A stretch of DNA of 64,000 nucleotides from Octopus sinensis (taxonomy: Eukaryota): the NCBI RefSeq assembly GCF_006345805.1, contig NC_043005.1, forward strand, positions 73,594,001-73,658,000, given 5' to 3'. The position numbers were made by a program, and so were the translations under genes. The notes beneath the pieces are model-generated. The model had not been told where the DNA came from. It saw only the letters and a list, made by a program, of their open reading frames with translations, and did not search any database. Below, piece by piece: positions 38,779 through 51,439 of this stretch (its first letter is position 1; every line of letters begins with the position of its first letter).

Positions 38779-39301
38779 ACTCTCTCTTTCTCTATCTATC
38801 TATCTATCTATCTATATATCTATCTTATCTCTTTATTGCCCACAAGGGGCTAAACATAGAGGGGACAAACAAGGACAGACAAACGGATTAAGTCGATTAC
38901 ATCGATCCCAGTGCGTAACTGGTACTTATTTAATCGACCCCTAAAGGATGAAAGGCAAAGTCGATCTCGGCGGAATTTGAACTCAGAGCGTTACGGCAGA
39001 CTAAATACCGCTAAGCATATCGCCCGTCGCGCTAACGTTTCTACCAGCTCTATCTATCTATCTACATATATATTTCTTTACTACCCACAAGGGGCTAAAC
39101 ACAGACGGGACAAACAAGGACAGACAAACGGATTAAGTCGATTATATCGACCCCAGTGTGTAACTGGTACTTAATTTATCGACCCCGAAAGGATGAAAGG
39201 CAAAGTCGACCTCGGCGGAATTTGAACTCGGAACGTGACGACAGACGAAATACAGCTACGCATTTCGCCCAGCGTACTAACGTTTCTGCCAGCTCGCCGC
39301 C
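37155..39301. mobile_element. Cluster of SINE family A copies (37155-37381 -, 37623-37830 +, 38065-38255 -, 38820-39050 -, 39070-39301 -)
   Basis: Similarity to other copies in the window; interspersed with unique DNA and (CT)n. Confidence 0.75.
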
Positions 39302-39310
39302 TATCTACCT

Positions 39311-39393
<83 letters not shown>

Positions 39394-39450
39394 ATATATA
39401 ATGTATGTATGTATATATATGCATATATACAAATATATATATATACATAT

Positions 39451-39511
<61 letters not shown>

Positions 39512-39576
39512 ATGTATGTATGTATATATATATGCATATATACAAATATATATATACATATATACATATATATATA

Positions 39577-39733
39577 CTTTATTTAAAGCAGCAGAAAATT
39601 CAACAAAATCTGTTACTCTGAGTTTCTCGTTGCCGTTCATCAGACAGTTTTTCTAACAAAAACTGTCTGATGAACGGCAACGAGAAACTCAGAGTAACAG
39701 ATTTTGTTGAATTTTCTGCTGCTTTAAATAAAG
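39577..39733. repeat. Perfect 76-bp inverted repeat with 5-nt loop, carrying two outward-facing minimal hammerheads
   Basis: Arms 39577-39652 and 39658-39733; loop CTAAC. Confidence 0.95.
39658..39705 (+). ncRNA. Minimal type I hammerhead ribozyme (mirror copy on minus strand 39605-39652)
   Basis: AAAAACTGT-CTGATGA-ACGGCAACGA-GAAA-CTCAGAG-TA-ACAGATTTT. Stem I is 8/9 paired, stem III is ACTC/GAGT with a 1-nt loop, and cleavage follows A39696. Confidence 0.75.
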
Positions 39734-40718
39734 CATATTACTCTACCACTGGTATTTAAGTACTCTTTTTTTCCACCTTGTTTCACATTTATGTGTTTAC
39801 TCCGGTATATATATATATATATATATATACACGAAAAATGCATAAATACACACAAACACTCAGATATATGACACATATATATATACACACATAAGAAAAT
39901 GCATAAATACACACAATCACTCACACATATAACACTTGAGTGTATTTTTATTTTCCATTCATCACCGATATTGATGTCGAAACTACCGTCAGCACCACCA
40001 CCACCCTCGGCTGCAGCACGTCTACTTCTATACAATTCACTTGTTAATAACTATAATTTTTTTATATATACGTAGTTGTCTTGGTAATTCTGTCAGTATG
40101 GTACGTAATTTACTCCATTCGTTTACTTTAATAATATTCTTATTGTTACCTTATTGTGTTTCTTTTATCGACTAGATAATTGTGTGCTACCTTGGAATTG
40201 TCGTCCCCTCATCGTTCACACACAGCGTTCACACACAGATTTTATTGCAAAAACGTTTCTGCAAGAGACAGTGATATAATTGATATAAACGATCCTATTA
40301 AAGATATTATGAGAAATATAACTGTTCTGTTGAATGTTGTAGCTGACTGATATTTATTTTACCAACGCGAGAGTGATGATAGATAATCAACCCAAATTAA
40401 GATTTTGAATTACGTGTCAAGGCATACGACTATATACAATATAACGACCATAAATGTGCTTGTTCATTGCCGTTTCATAATAATAAAAATGATGATAATA
40501 ATAATACTGATACTTTTCGCCTGAAATTTATGGGAGAAGAAGTTAATTTTATTTATTTTTGCTACTTTACTTATATTTTACTTTATCGATCCCAGAAGAA
40601 TGAAAGGAAAATTTGATATCGGCCGAATTTTGAACTCTGAACATAAAAACCCAGAACAAATACTTAAAATCATTTTGTCTGATGAGCTAAGAATTCTAGT
40701 AAATAGCAACACCGTCAC

Positions 40719-40792
<74 letters not shown>

Positions 40793-41310
40793 GCCCTGAT
40801 GCAGTACCAGGCAGTGGCTCTCATGGCTTCTGATCTTAACTTATTGGAAGTGTTATCATGTACATTGTTTTGTTTTGGTATAAAAGATGGGCTACAGCAA
40901 ATATTCTGCTCAATACCACAGATGTGCTTGTCAGTTGTTTGACCTTAACCAGTTGACTATATGTGCATCTCTGATCATCAGCAGAAGTAGTAGGGGCAGC
41001 ATCATAGCCATAAGTTGAGAGGGGTTCTTTGGAATTCCTTTGAAAATATTGGGGTTTCATTCAACATCCTTAAACGAACCTTATTTAGGCACCTTATTGA
41101 GTGGGGTGGGTTACTCAACCTGAAGAAAATTCTAGCTGGGCCCCACCTGCAAGGTCATGCGCTGTTTATATAAGATCACCATGTCACGCACATATGTTTG
41201 TGATGCATGTGTCTGGTGTACTCTTAGGAGACAGGTAGTTTGATGGGTACATTGGGCTTCGTATATCTTAACCCAGTGTGACTTTGATGGAATGCGCTGC
41301 ACCTTCTCTC
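40793..41310 (+). mobile_element. Non-autonomous ~520-bp element embedded in (AAT)n
   Basis: (AAT)n on both sides; reverse copies at 53191-53312 and 53549-53960, both abutting (TAT)n or (TAG)n. Confidence 0.7.
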
Positions 41311-41419
41311 AATAACAACAACAACAACAACAACAACAATAATAATAATAATAATAATAATAATATAATAATATAATAATAATAATAATAATGATGATGA
41401 TGACGATGATGATGATGAG

Positions 41420-42045
41420 GTACGTATCGCAAATTAAGGAAACTTTGCTAGTGTCAGTTGGGAATGAGGGAGTATTCAAAGCAGAGAAAAAAAGAAAAAA
41501 AAACAAAAGAAGTACAAAACGAACGTGAAGAAGAATTACGCAACAAGGGACTGCATAATTAATTCCATGTAGCCACAACTGAGGTTGCTGAAAAATATAG
41601 GTTTGATTGGCTGAAGAAATGAGCCCTAAAAAAGAGACAGTACTCTACTGGCAGCGTAAGACCAAGCTTTGGCCACGAATTGAAGGGTCAACCACAGGAA
41701 TGAGTAAATGTCTCCATTGTGCCGCATTTGTAATAGCGTGAATGAAACCATTGCTCATGTCGCGAACGAATGCACTAGACTTGCTCCAAACCACGTCAAG
41801 TTGTGGCGACACAACGAGGTTAGGAAAGTGCAACATTGGAAACTGTACGAAAAGTGGTGGGATAGAGGGAGACAGGACGTGGTATGACCTCAAACTGCAG
41901 AAAGTGACGGAGTCGGGGATTAGCAAAATCCTGAGGGGTTTCACAATATATACAGATCAGGTGCTAGAGCATAGAATACCAGACCTAATGGTGATCGACA
42001 AGACGTACCACATATGCTGTATATTTGTTGTTGCGTGCCCCTTTG
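41420..42045 (+). pseudogene. R4/Dong-like non-LTR retrotransposon fragment (CCHC zinc knuckle + restriction-like endonuclease)
   Basis: LKKET..AA*DQALATN, CRICNSVNETIAHVANEC, HW.L, WYD, TDQVLEHRIPDLMVIDK..C.I.VVACPFD. Confidence 0.8.
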
Positions 42046-42054
42046 ACCTACAGT

Positions 42055-42406
42055 GCGTAACTTGTTCTTAATTTATCAACCCCGAAATGATGAAAGCAAA
42101 ATCGACCTCGGCGGAATTTGAACTCAGAACGAAGCGGCAGGCGAAATTCCGCAAAGCATTTCGCCCGACGTGCTAACGCTCCTGCCAGCTCGCCGCCTTA
42201 CTTTTTGTAAGACCAGCAATTTCATGGGAGTGGAGTAAATCGATTACATCGATCCCAGTGTTCAACTGGTACTTATTTTATCGATTTGTGAAAGGATGGA
42301 AAGTAAAGTCGACCTCGGTAGAATTTGAACTCAAAACACGGAGACAGATGAAATGCTGCTAACCATTTTTCCCAACATGCTAAAGATTCTGCCAACACAC
42401 CGTCTT
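42055..42406 (-). mobile_element. Two SINE family A copies
   Basis: Similarity to other copies in the window. Confidence 0.75.
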
Positions 42407-44354
42407 TTGCGTAATATTATTGATGATTTCGTGTAAAACATGAAAATATCTCTATGTAGAATCTCTCAAACACGTTCATGAAACTATAATTGATGCACAT
42501 TAAGATTCATAATATAAATCTTGTATAAATTTTGTCCTACTCCATTCTTATGATAACAGCCTATATTCTGTATTCTATTTAATAATTGCTGCCTTATTCT
42601 GTCGACAAGATTAGAAACAAACGATATTTCTGTCAGTTAACTGTAAATAAAATCCATTATTGCTTTTATCTCTTCGTAATCACCTTTAACTATACATTTC
42701 TAAATACTCTCAACTATTGTAAAACGCGATTACGTTTTGTCGTATTCTTGTGATCTAACCACCGAGACAAATTCACATCATTTCACTGCACTGCAAGTAA
42801 TCAGTGCAACGAAATGTTATTTTTATAGATTTGTGTTACAAGATCCCTGATGTGAAATCGTGTGTTGAAACAGATATAGTTGTATTTCGGGATGGTCATT
42901 TGTTTTTTTTGTTTCTTTTGCCAAATATACCCACGCACTATATATTCGTTTCTTACTCATCTATTACTTTTCTTATTCTAACTCATATCCATAGTGCGGA
43001 TATCTTTCGTCACACCTGTGACATCTTCAGTGACAATTTCTGTCCCTGTGTGTGCTCTCCTCCTTTACTTATCTCATTCTCAGAGACGGAACGTGTCGTT
43101 GAAGTGGTCACAGATGTGTGACGAAAGCTATCCGGACAATGGACACGAGTTAGAATAAGAATAGTAATATACGAGTGAAGAACGAATATATATACTGCGT
43201 GTGCTTACTCGGCAAAAAGAATGACCCTCCCGAAATGCAAAAAGTATGTTATTTTTGCTTTATTAAAAGTCAAAATGTTATATTTGCGATGAAGTTTCAG
43301 TTTGAACACAAAAGACAAGTAAGTACAATTCTATTGTTTAATAAATTTTAAAAAATTGCTTAATGAATAAAATAAGTTTTATGTTTAATGAATAAAAAAT
43401 GTTTCAACTGATATTACTGTGCTGTTAATGATCAAAATGATGGTGAGGATGATGACAACGACGACGACAATGATGATATTATTATTAAATTGTTGATGCT
43501 GTTGATTATGATGATGGTGATAATGAGGATAATGATAATGACAATAATGCATTCATCAATGCCAATGAGCAGCGTTTTTTCTACTGTTGGTCCTTGATTT
43601 ATCAGCGTGATTTTTTTTTTAGAAACAGTTGTTGCACGGTTCCCTGACATTCTGGAAAGAGCAACCAAATTAGATTGTTTTATGTAAAAAAAAAAAAAAG
43701 AGGAAAGACATATTGCATGAAGCAGTCCTAAAACACACCACGTTTGGACAAAATCAAAGAGGTAGTCACGTCGAGATATCACTTTTAATCGTGTGACCGC
43801 TGGATCAAAAATGACCGAGGGCTAATAAAGAATATAAGCAACAACAACAACAACAACAATGTGAAGAATTCCGCTTCTACTTCGTTATTACCATAATATA
43901 TATAATATGAAATTAATTGGGAGAAACTAAAAACTGCACACGCTACATATTAAATAAGATTACGTGTTGAAAATGCATAGGAAAAGAAATATATATGTAT
44001 ATATATATTTGCTTTAGATCCCCATGGCAGAATTGGAAAGTTATTAAATATTCGCATCTAATAACTATTTCTGTCCCCTGGCACAGCTGTTTCTGTACCA
44101 TTTCTATTTAATATTTCTCTCTGGAATTTGGAGATCAAAGTGTTTTTCCATAAATATAACCTGATCTGCTTACACATACACAAGCTACTGCAGAAGTATA
44201 CATGCATATAAATAATTCCCATTGACATGCAACAACACAGTGACGCATTTAAATTAAAGCCAATGACTTCCACCAGGTTCCATATCCATTACTTTAAAAT
44301 AAGTAACGCATCAGCAAATACAAATATATGGAATATATATATATATATACTCGC

Positions 44355-44580
44355 GTTCGAGGGATCGAGGATTCGAATCTCAGACCGGGTGATATGTGTG
44401 TTTATGAGAGAAACACCTAAGCTCCACGCTTCTGCTGACTCTTTCGCCACAACTTTCTCTCACTCTTTCCTCCTGCATCTTGCAGCTCACCTGTGACGGA
44501 CCGGCGTCCCGTCCAGGTGAGGAATCTATATGCCAATGAAACCGGGCGATCGGCCCTAATGAGCCAGGTGTGGCTCGAGA
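44355..44580 (+). mobile_element. SINE family C-related, internally deleted
   Basis: B-box ttcgaatctcagaccgg and aaacacctaagctccacg shared with family C. Confidence 0.6.
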
Positions 44581-45008
44581 AGGAAAAAAACAAACATATA
44601 TAATGTATATGTGCATGTGTGTGTGAATGTGCGCGCGCAGGTGTTTGCATGTGTGTATGTGTATAAATGAGATAAACAAACAAAAAACTGAGATAAACCT
44701 GTGGTTTATATTGTAACAACATGGACAAATACAAGTATAACATATAACATACGGCATACAGTACAAAATGACAATTAAGACCGGCTCCACTTGAGCAGAG
44801 GAGCTGATCTCAAAATTTAATTCTTCAAAGTTGAGATGCCATACAGATAAAAGTTATGGACATGAGACGACAGTCGTAGACACATATTTCTGATTCAATA
44901 GCCGGTGTTACCATGATATTTGTATGTACACCCCCACCCAGACACACACACACACTGCAAGCCACGAGAACTTTTTTTTATTCTCACTCTGTTTATATTC
45001 TTGTGTTC

Positions 45009-45044
45009 CTTTCTGTTGAAGAGCGTAGGCTCGAAACGTAAAAG
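45009..45044 (+). ncRNA. Minimal HHR-like motif with variant core CUGUUGA
   Basis: CTTT-CTGTTGA-A-GAG-CGTAGG-CTC-GAAA-CG-TA-AAAG; all stems intact; sister copy at 61298-61333 (-). Confidence 0.55.
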
Positions 45045-45059
45045 ACTTACCAGAAAGTT

Positions 45060-45709
45060 AAAGTCAGTATTCGATAAACTGTTACCAGTGACGAAAAAAT
45101 ACGTGATAGTAAAGACATGTTAAAATTCTTTAGAATCGGTGATAACGTATATATAAGAATGTACAAAAATGGCAAGCAATACTGGGAAGAAGGAGAAATT
45201 GTAACATACATACAAAGAATGATGTATGGCGTAAGAAGCAGAAGTGGAATGGGAAGGAAACATAGAAATCAGCTTAAGGAAAGACTCATAGAAAAGTAAT
45301 CAACAGGGTAGAAATACCGAGGGATTGGCTATATGACACTTTTCGGGTTCCAAAACCGTTACAAGAAGTCGAAAGCACACGCACAAGGAATAGGAAGATC
45401 AATGAATTCCGAAAAGTAGACCTTAAGAAGGAAAGTTATCGAGTATAAAAAATGGTGGAGCTGGGGGTGAATAAAAGAAATTGTTAAATCCGCCATTATA
45501 AATAGACCTGTAGCCGGCCGTCTAGAGAGGGCCGAGAATCGAAGGGATGAGAGGAGACGACCGTTTTAGTTGGTGTCTCGTGGAGCTATCAGTGATAGTA
45601 AGACAGGAGAACTTAGTATATTACTATTCCGGGACGAAGAGGTGCAACGGTATCTGTTGACTAGTAACTATTATGGATACTAGTGTAAAACAGCAATTAC
45701 AATACAACA
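45060..45709 (+). mobile_element. Ty3/Gypsy 3' relic: integrase C-terminus, PPT, LTR
   Basis: FRIGDNVYIRMYKNGKQYWEEGEI..YGV..RKHRNQLK; purine tract ~45426-36; putative LTR ending caatacaaca at 45709. Confidence 0.65.
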
Positions 45710-45798
45710 GCAGTGACACATCAGACCAGTGGGAGGCACTCATTTTACAACAATGTATATACAGAGGGATAGAGAGAAAGAGAGATACAGAGACTAAC

Positions 45799-45841
<43 letters not shown>

Positions 45842-46918
45842 AGCATATATATATATTATTATATGATCGAATGCCACGCATCCTTTTCCAAGTTAGTTAA
45901 ATCTTAATAATTATGATGCGCACTCTTCTTCTTTACTATCTCTTCTCTGTCTATCTCTCTCCTTCTCTTGTTCTTCATCCTTTCTGGTTTTCTCTCCAAC
46001 CCTTCCCTATTCATCTCCTCTACACTTCACCGTTCCTTCTCTCTCACTCCTACTCCTAGACTCTCTCGTCGCTAACACGTAATGAGAGGGAATCCATCTT
46101 TCCGACTACTACCTTCACAAAGACTAAACGGGCTTATCCTGTCTCTTCATAAGCTCGTCTCCTTAAACGTCCATAATAATTGTCCATCGTCTTGGCTTAA
46201 CAACCCTCATCGTTTGTTTTTACTGTTTTTGTTCTCACTCTCCTGTTCTTGTTACCACTTTCACTCTCCGCAAAAAATACCAAATTTTATTTAATTTGCT
46301 TTGCGGGAGGGACTGTTTCAACGAAGTCGCGTCTTGTCCTTATCTTCGAACGCGGAGTAGATGAAACAGGGACACCTGAAGAAGGGGAATATTCTTTATG
46401 TCGTATGCTTCGTTTCTCTGTTTTTCGTTGTTCGTTCCTATGTTTTTGTGCTTATGTTTTCGTTTCTCATTGTGTTCAACGTTTATTTTTATGTCCTGTA
46501 CCCATATATGCATGTATATATTCATATATATGTAGGTATGTACATATATCTATGTATATATGCATATATTTATATTATATTATATGATAAATATATATAT
46601 ATATACGAATTTATGTATGGGTACAAAAATTTATTTATTTCTACCTTCGTCTGTCTCCCCATACACACGCTCACACACACCCTCACACACACATGCACAC
46701 GCACCCACATATATATATATACATACATATCGATGATGGCCTAGCTGATCGAAAGTTTGTAGCCAGTGTCAATACTATTCTTGTTAAAGAATAATGATTT
46801 TGTACTCTACCACATGTAGCCAGTAGTCCTTCAAGTCTGTTTTATAATAACGTAAAAACGAACATTAATGTATATATGCATGTATGTATGTGTGTTTATA
46901 CATATATATGTATGTGTT

Positions 46919-46951
<33 letters not shown>

Positions 46952-47084
46952 ATGTGTGTGTGTGTGAGTGTGTGTATGTGTGTGTGTGTGTACTTATACA
47001 CATATATGTACACATGTGTATACACACATATATAAACTCAAATATGCATGCAATAATATACGTGCATACATATGTGTATGTATA

Positions 47085-47156
47085 AAAAGAGAGAAGAAAA
47101 GAGAGTGGCAGAGGGAGAGAGAGAAAGAAAGAACGAAAGACAGAAAGGAAGAACGA

Positions 47157-47187
<31 letters not shown>

Positions 47188-47505
47188 GAAGAACGAAAGA
47201 GAGAAAAACAGAAAGCAAGAAAGAACGAAGGAACGAAAGTAAGAAAGAAAGAAAGAAAGACAGAAAGAAAGAAAGGAAGGAAGAAAGAACGAAAGAAAGA
47301 AAATAGAAAGAAAAAAGACAGACAGACAAAGAAAGAAAGAAAGAAAGACAGAAAGAAAGAACGAAAGAAAGAACGAAAGAAAGAAAATACAAAGAAAGAA
47401 AGAAAGAAAGAAAGAAAGAAAACAAGAAAGAAAGAAAGAATGTAAGAAAGAAAGAAAAACAGAAATAAGAAAAGAAAGAAAGAAAGAAAGAAAGGAAGAA
47501 ACCGA
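47085..47505. repeat. (GAAA)n compound microsatellite
   Basis: Direct reading. Confidence 0.95.
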
Positions 47506-48330
47506 TTGATTGATAGATGCGAAAATATTTTCTTTTGCTTTCAATTGCAATCTTTGAATGATTGAATGTCAATAGTTGTGTTTAGAAGTTATTTCAGATG
47601 GCCATTTTATTTAACAAGTTAGGCATATGTAATTTACACTTCAGACTTTAAGTATATTTATTATATTTCCTGAGTCTTCTTGCTTAAAGGAAAACAAAAG
47701 AACGAAGAGATTTCCAGTAGAGAAAATGTCAAACGCCCTTGACAAATCCACGGATTATTTTGGGGCGAAGAATAAGAAGAAGAAAAAATCTACTTCGATC
47801 GTGAAAGAAATACTTTCATATTATAGAAACGTAACGATGCATATGTCTAAATGACATACTGAATATTGTCAATAGCGGCAGGTGCAAGCGAGAAATGAAA
47901 CTCTTCAAACAATTCCATTTCCAATTCTGTGAGTAGGTTTAAACTAGACAACTCTTCAACAACCCTGTATTGATGCTGGGGTTCTAGATTTCACATTGAC
48001 AGGATAGCAAATTGAAGCCAACTTGTTCGACTAACAGGACGCGGGTTACGTGACTTTATCCAGTTTTCTATCACTCGAAAATTGATGCGAGCTTTCAAAA
48101 TAAAGCCAATACATTAAACATATGCATACCGTCTCCACCTTCGCCAGGTTTTCCTGCAGTAAATTATCATTGAGAAATACAGTTTGCCATGAGAAGGCTG
48201 ATAGGTCGATACAATCCATATTATGTCACGTGACCTGGCCGTAACTGTTAACGCGCAACGACCCGATCGAATTGATTTGCAATGTTGTACTTTAGGCAAG
48301 TACTAGAAATATATCGATTCCTTTTTTTTA

Positions 48331-48501
48331 TTCTTTTACTTGATTCAGTCATTTGACTGCTGCCATGCTGGAGCAACACCTTTAGCCAAGCAAATCGACC
48401 CCAGGACGTATTCTTTGTATGCCTAGTACTAAACAGACCAACATCGGCTATCAAGTGATGGTAGGGGGACAAATACAGACACACAAACATATACATGTGT
48501 A

Positions 48502-48537
<36 letters not shown>

Positions 48538-48789
48538 TGTATGTATGTATGTATGTATGTATGTATGTATGTACGTATGTATGTATGTATGTATGTATGT
48601 ATGTGTGTGTATACATATGTGTGTGTGTGTGTGCGTGTGTGTATACGACGGAGTCTTTCAGTTTCCGTCTAGGAAATCCATTCACAAGGCTTTGGTCAAC
48701 TCGAGGCTATAGTAGAAGACACTTGTCCAAGGTGCCATGTAGTGGGACTGAACACGGAACCATGTGGTTGGGAAGCAAGCTTCTTACCA
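48331..48789 (-). mobile_element. SINE family B with (ATGT)n expansion
   Basis: Reverse complement of 14435-14819. Confidence 0.8.
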
Positions 48790-49996
48790 TTGGATATTTT
48801 TTACTAATCAAACACGTTATAAATATTGTTGTTGTTTTTTTTCTCTTTTTATGAACACAATAAACCAAATGCTAAATACTATATACTATAATCTCGTACT
48901 TGATGGAGAGCAGTTCACAGCTAAATCTCTCTCAATCGCCAACCTTTCTCTGTAGATGGTTAAATTCATGACATAAATCTGTTCTTGGTATATTTTACCA
49001 GAAAATGAGTTTAGAGCGTCACAGCTAGAACGCCGTTTTGGAACTATATAGATCCATCTCAGAAATCCATAGCATTAAACATGAAGAGAACATGCAGTTA
49101 ATCAACAGACCAGAAAATATCTAAAAAGCGGTGGTTTATGAGAACCGAAAGCGGAAATACTTCGAAATATTCTAACAATATACTCAAATATGTTTTGTCA
49201 GTGAAAACATCAAATTTTCGCATAAATGAGTTTTGAATCATAACAAAACAAAAATAAAATCAGAGGTACCTGCTTTAAAGCCCTTCTCACGTAACTCGTA
49301 ATGCTTTCAAATATCAAATGTAAACGTAAACACTCCTTAGAAAATTCAAAATGAAGCCAACATGAAGCACATTAACATAATTAATATATGCAAGCCATTG
49401 CCAGTTTTGCCAGTTCACCATTAGTTGCGTTTGCATCAATCCAACTTCTACATCTTATCACACTTCCAAGTACTATCAGTAAAAGGGGCGTCAACATATT
49501 CGACGCATCCAAGAATAAATAAACAGTACAGATAACAAAAGAGGTGACGTAATTGCATAATCCCTAAACACCATTTATACCCTTAAAATTCCAAGTCATT
49601 CCACCCATACACCCCGCGAACTTTACTATCATGATATGTTAGAGTTTGGGACTTTGGGATGGAAGTTAAGAACATATTTAAAACATTATTTCTTACGCTG
49701 ATCCATCACAAGTCACTCATTATCAATGCAATATTAATAAGCTAGTAAAAATATAGTCTTTGTATATGATCCTTGAATGTTTTCTATAACCTGCATACCT
49801 ACAGAGCGTAATCTTCAAGTTTCCAATTAATAAATTTCTTATAACGGTACATGTCAGCAGTGGATATTTTTGAGAGGAGAGAGGACAGGACAATCATTTT
49901 ATCAATTTTCGACGTAGTGCAATTAAACTGAATATGGTGAGAGGATATCTCTATCTACACGCAACAACACGGACAACGAAAACAATTAGTAATACC

Positions 49997-50231
49997 TATT
50001 TCTTTACTACCCACAAGGGACTAAACACAGAGGGGACAAACAAGGACAGACAAACGGATTAAGTTGATTACATCGACCCCAGTGCGTGACTAGTATTTAT
50101 TTAATCAACCCCGAAAGGATGAAAGGCAAAGTCGACCTCGGTGGAATTTGAACTCAGAACGTAACAGCAGACGAAATACTGCTAAGCATTTCGCCCGGCG
50201 TGCTAACGTTTCTGCCAGCTCGCCGCCTTAA
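49997..50231 (-). mobile_element. SINE family A, full length, 13-bp TSD
   Basis: TSD AATTAGTAATACC at 49984-96 and 50232-44. Confidence 0.9.
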
Positions 50232-50382
50232 AATTAGTAATACCATAGTGCATAATACTAAGTCGTCTTTCATTCTGACAGATGTTTGTAGTTTATTGTG
50301 TCATTCATCAGGAAATGATATTCAGCTTTCAGCAGGATCAAATACGATCCTATTCCTAAATATCTCATAATTTCTTGTAACA

Positions 50383-50565
50383 TATGAAGGAGTGTTGAAC
50401 AGTTCCAGCCTTCAGAGTTCTTTTACGGGGCTTAGAAAAAACTGAAGGACCGCTGCAATACGTGTGTGAATATGAGAAGGGAATATGTTAAATAAAATCA
50501 TAATAAAATGATCCTGCTGTATTTACTTTTACTCAAAGCCAGGAAGTTTTAGGCGCCCCCTCGTA
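50383..50565 (+). mobile_element. Mariner-derived MITE
   Basis: TA at both ends; decayed transposase C-terminus resembling LEKLKDRCNKCVNLRGEYVE*. Confidence 0.7.
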
Positions 50566-51439
50566 GAGGTTCATGAAAGATAAACATGAGTATTTCGTCA
50601 GTAAATCAAGGCAGTTAATATTTGAGTGATTGTTATTCAATGTTTCTGAGATGTAGAAAAGTTATGCAGCGACGATTCTGCATGCATTTGAACGTCATGT
50701 GTGGCTGAAACTGCAGAGGCAATCAATGATCAATGGACAGGCTAACAATAGCCATCAAAAGAGATATCATACAAGCTGGCCGTTGCGTATAATAATAGAA
50801 TTAATCAGATTTCCTTTCTCACATTGTTAAGGATTTTTGATGCGAAGACATGTTGAACGCAAGATTAGAGTTAAGCTGTAAGGTTAATTGGGGACTGAAA
50901 GGAAGTGATTACGATTAAGGTAATACCTATTTTCACGATCATTATTATAGAATACTTGCTTTCACCTACGACTGAAGCATAATGAAGACACTCGAATTTG
51001 TATAGTTTAAAAGAAATGCAATCAGCCGTATTATATATACTCAGTGAGTGTACAGCTGTGATGTATGATGCGATGCTCCCTGCTCTATGAAAACTATTGA
51101 AATAAATGCTTCGAATTTTAAAATAGTCGTCAGTAAAGTCAACGTGTTCGGTACAAAATTCGGATTTAGGTGCATTTACGGTGTAAGGCAAATTAAATGG
51201 ATGTTAATGTGGTTGGAAACAATGCTTAATGAAAACCTCTCATCTGCAGCTTAAGAGAGTTTGTCAAGTATTAATAATAATAGCTGTTCTGTTGAGAGAA
51301 AAGATGATATATTTAAAGAGTCGAAATAAATATATATTTGTCAAGGGCATTTAGAGCATAGGGAGTTTTTATCATCTTTCATTTGATAATCGATACCAAT
51401 TTATGGTAAAATGGGTTCAGTGAATTTACCGTGAAGTTC

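Noticed and set aside
43570-43830. Possible piggyBac 3' relic (end ...aaaaatgaccgagggctaa; Cys-spaced remnant)
   Set aside because: No matching left TIR or TTAA pair; peptide similarity too weak.
46730-46770. cgatgatggcctagctgatcgaaagttt as an HHR relic
   Set aside because: Core, stem II and stem III are all imperfect.
50255-50320. Minus-strand CTGATGA-A-TGACA...TGTCA-GAAT
   Set aside because: Good core and stem II, but GAAA is altered and stem III is absent; cannot be called an HHR.
48850-51250. Unique-looking sequence and the 106-aa ORF 50871-51191 as a possible receptor pseudogene
   Set aside because: Manual translation gives frequent stops and no family motif; needs BLASTx.
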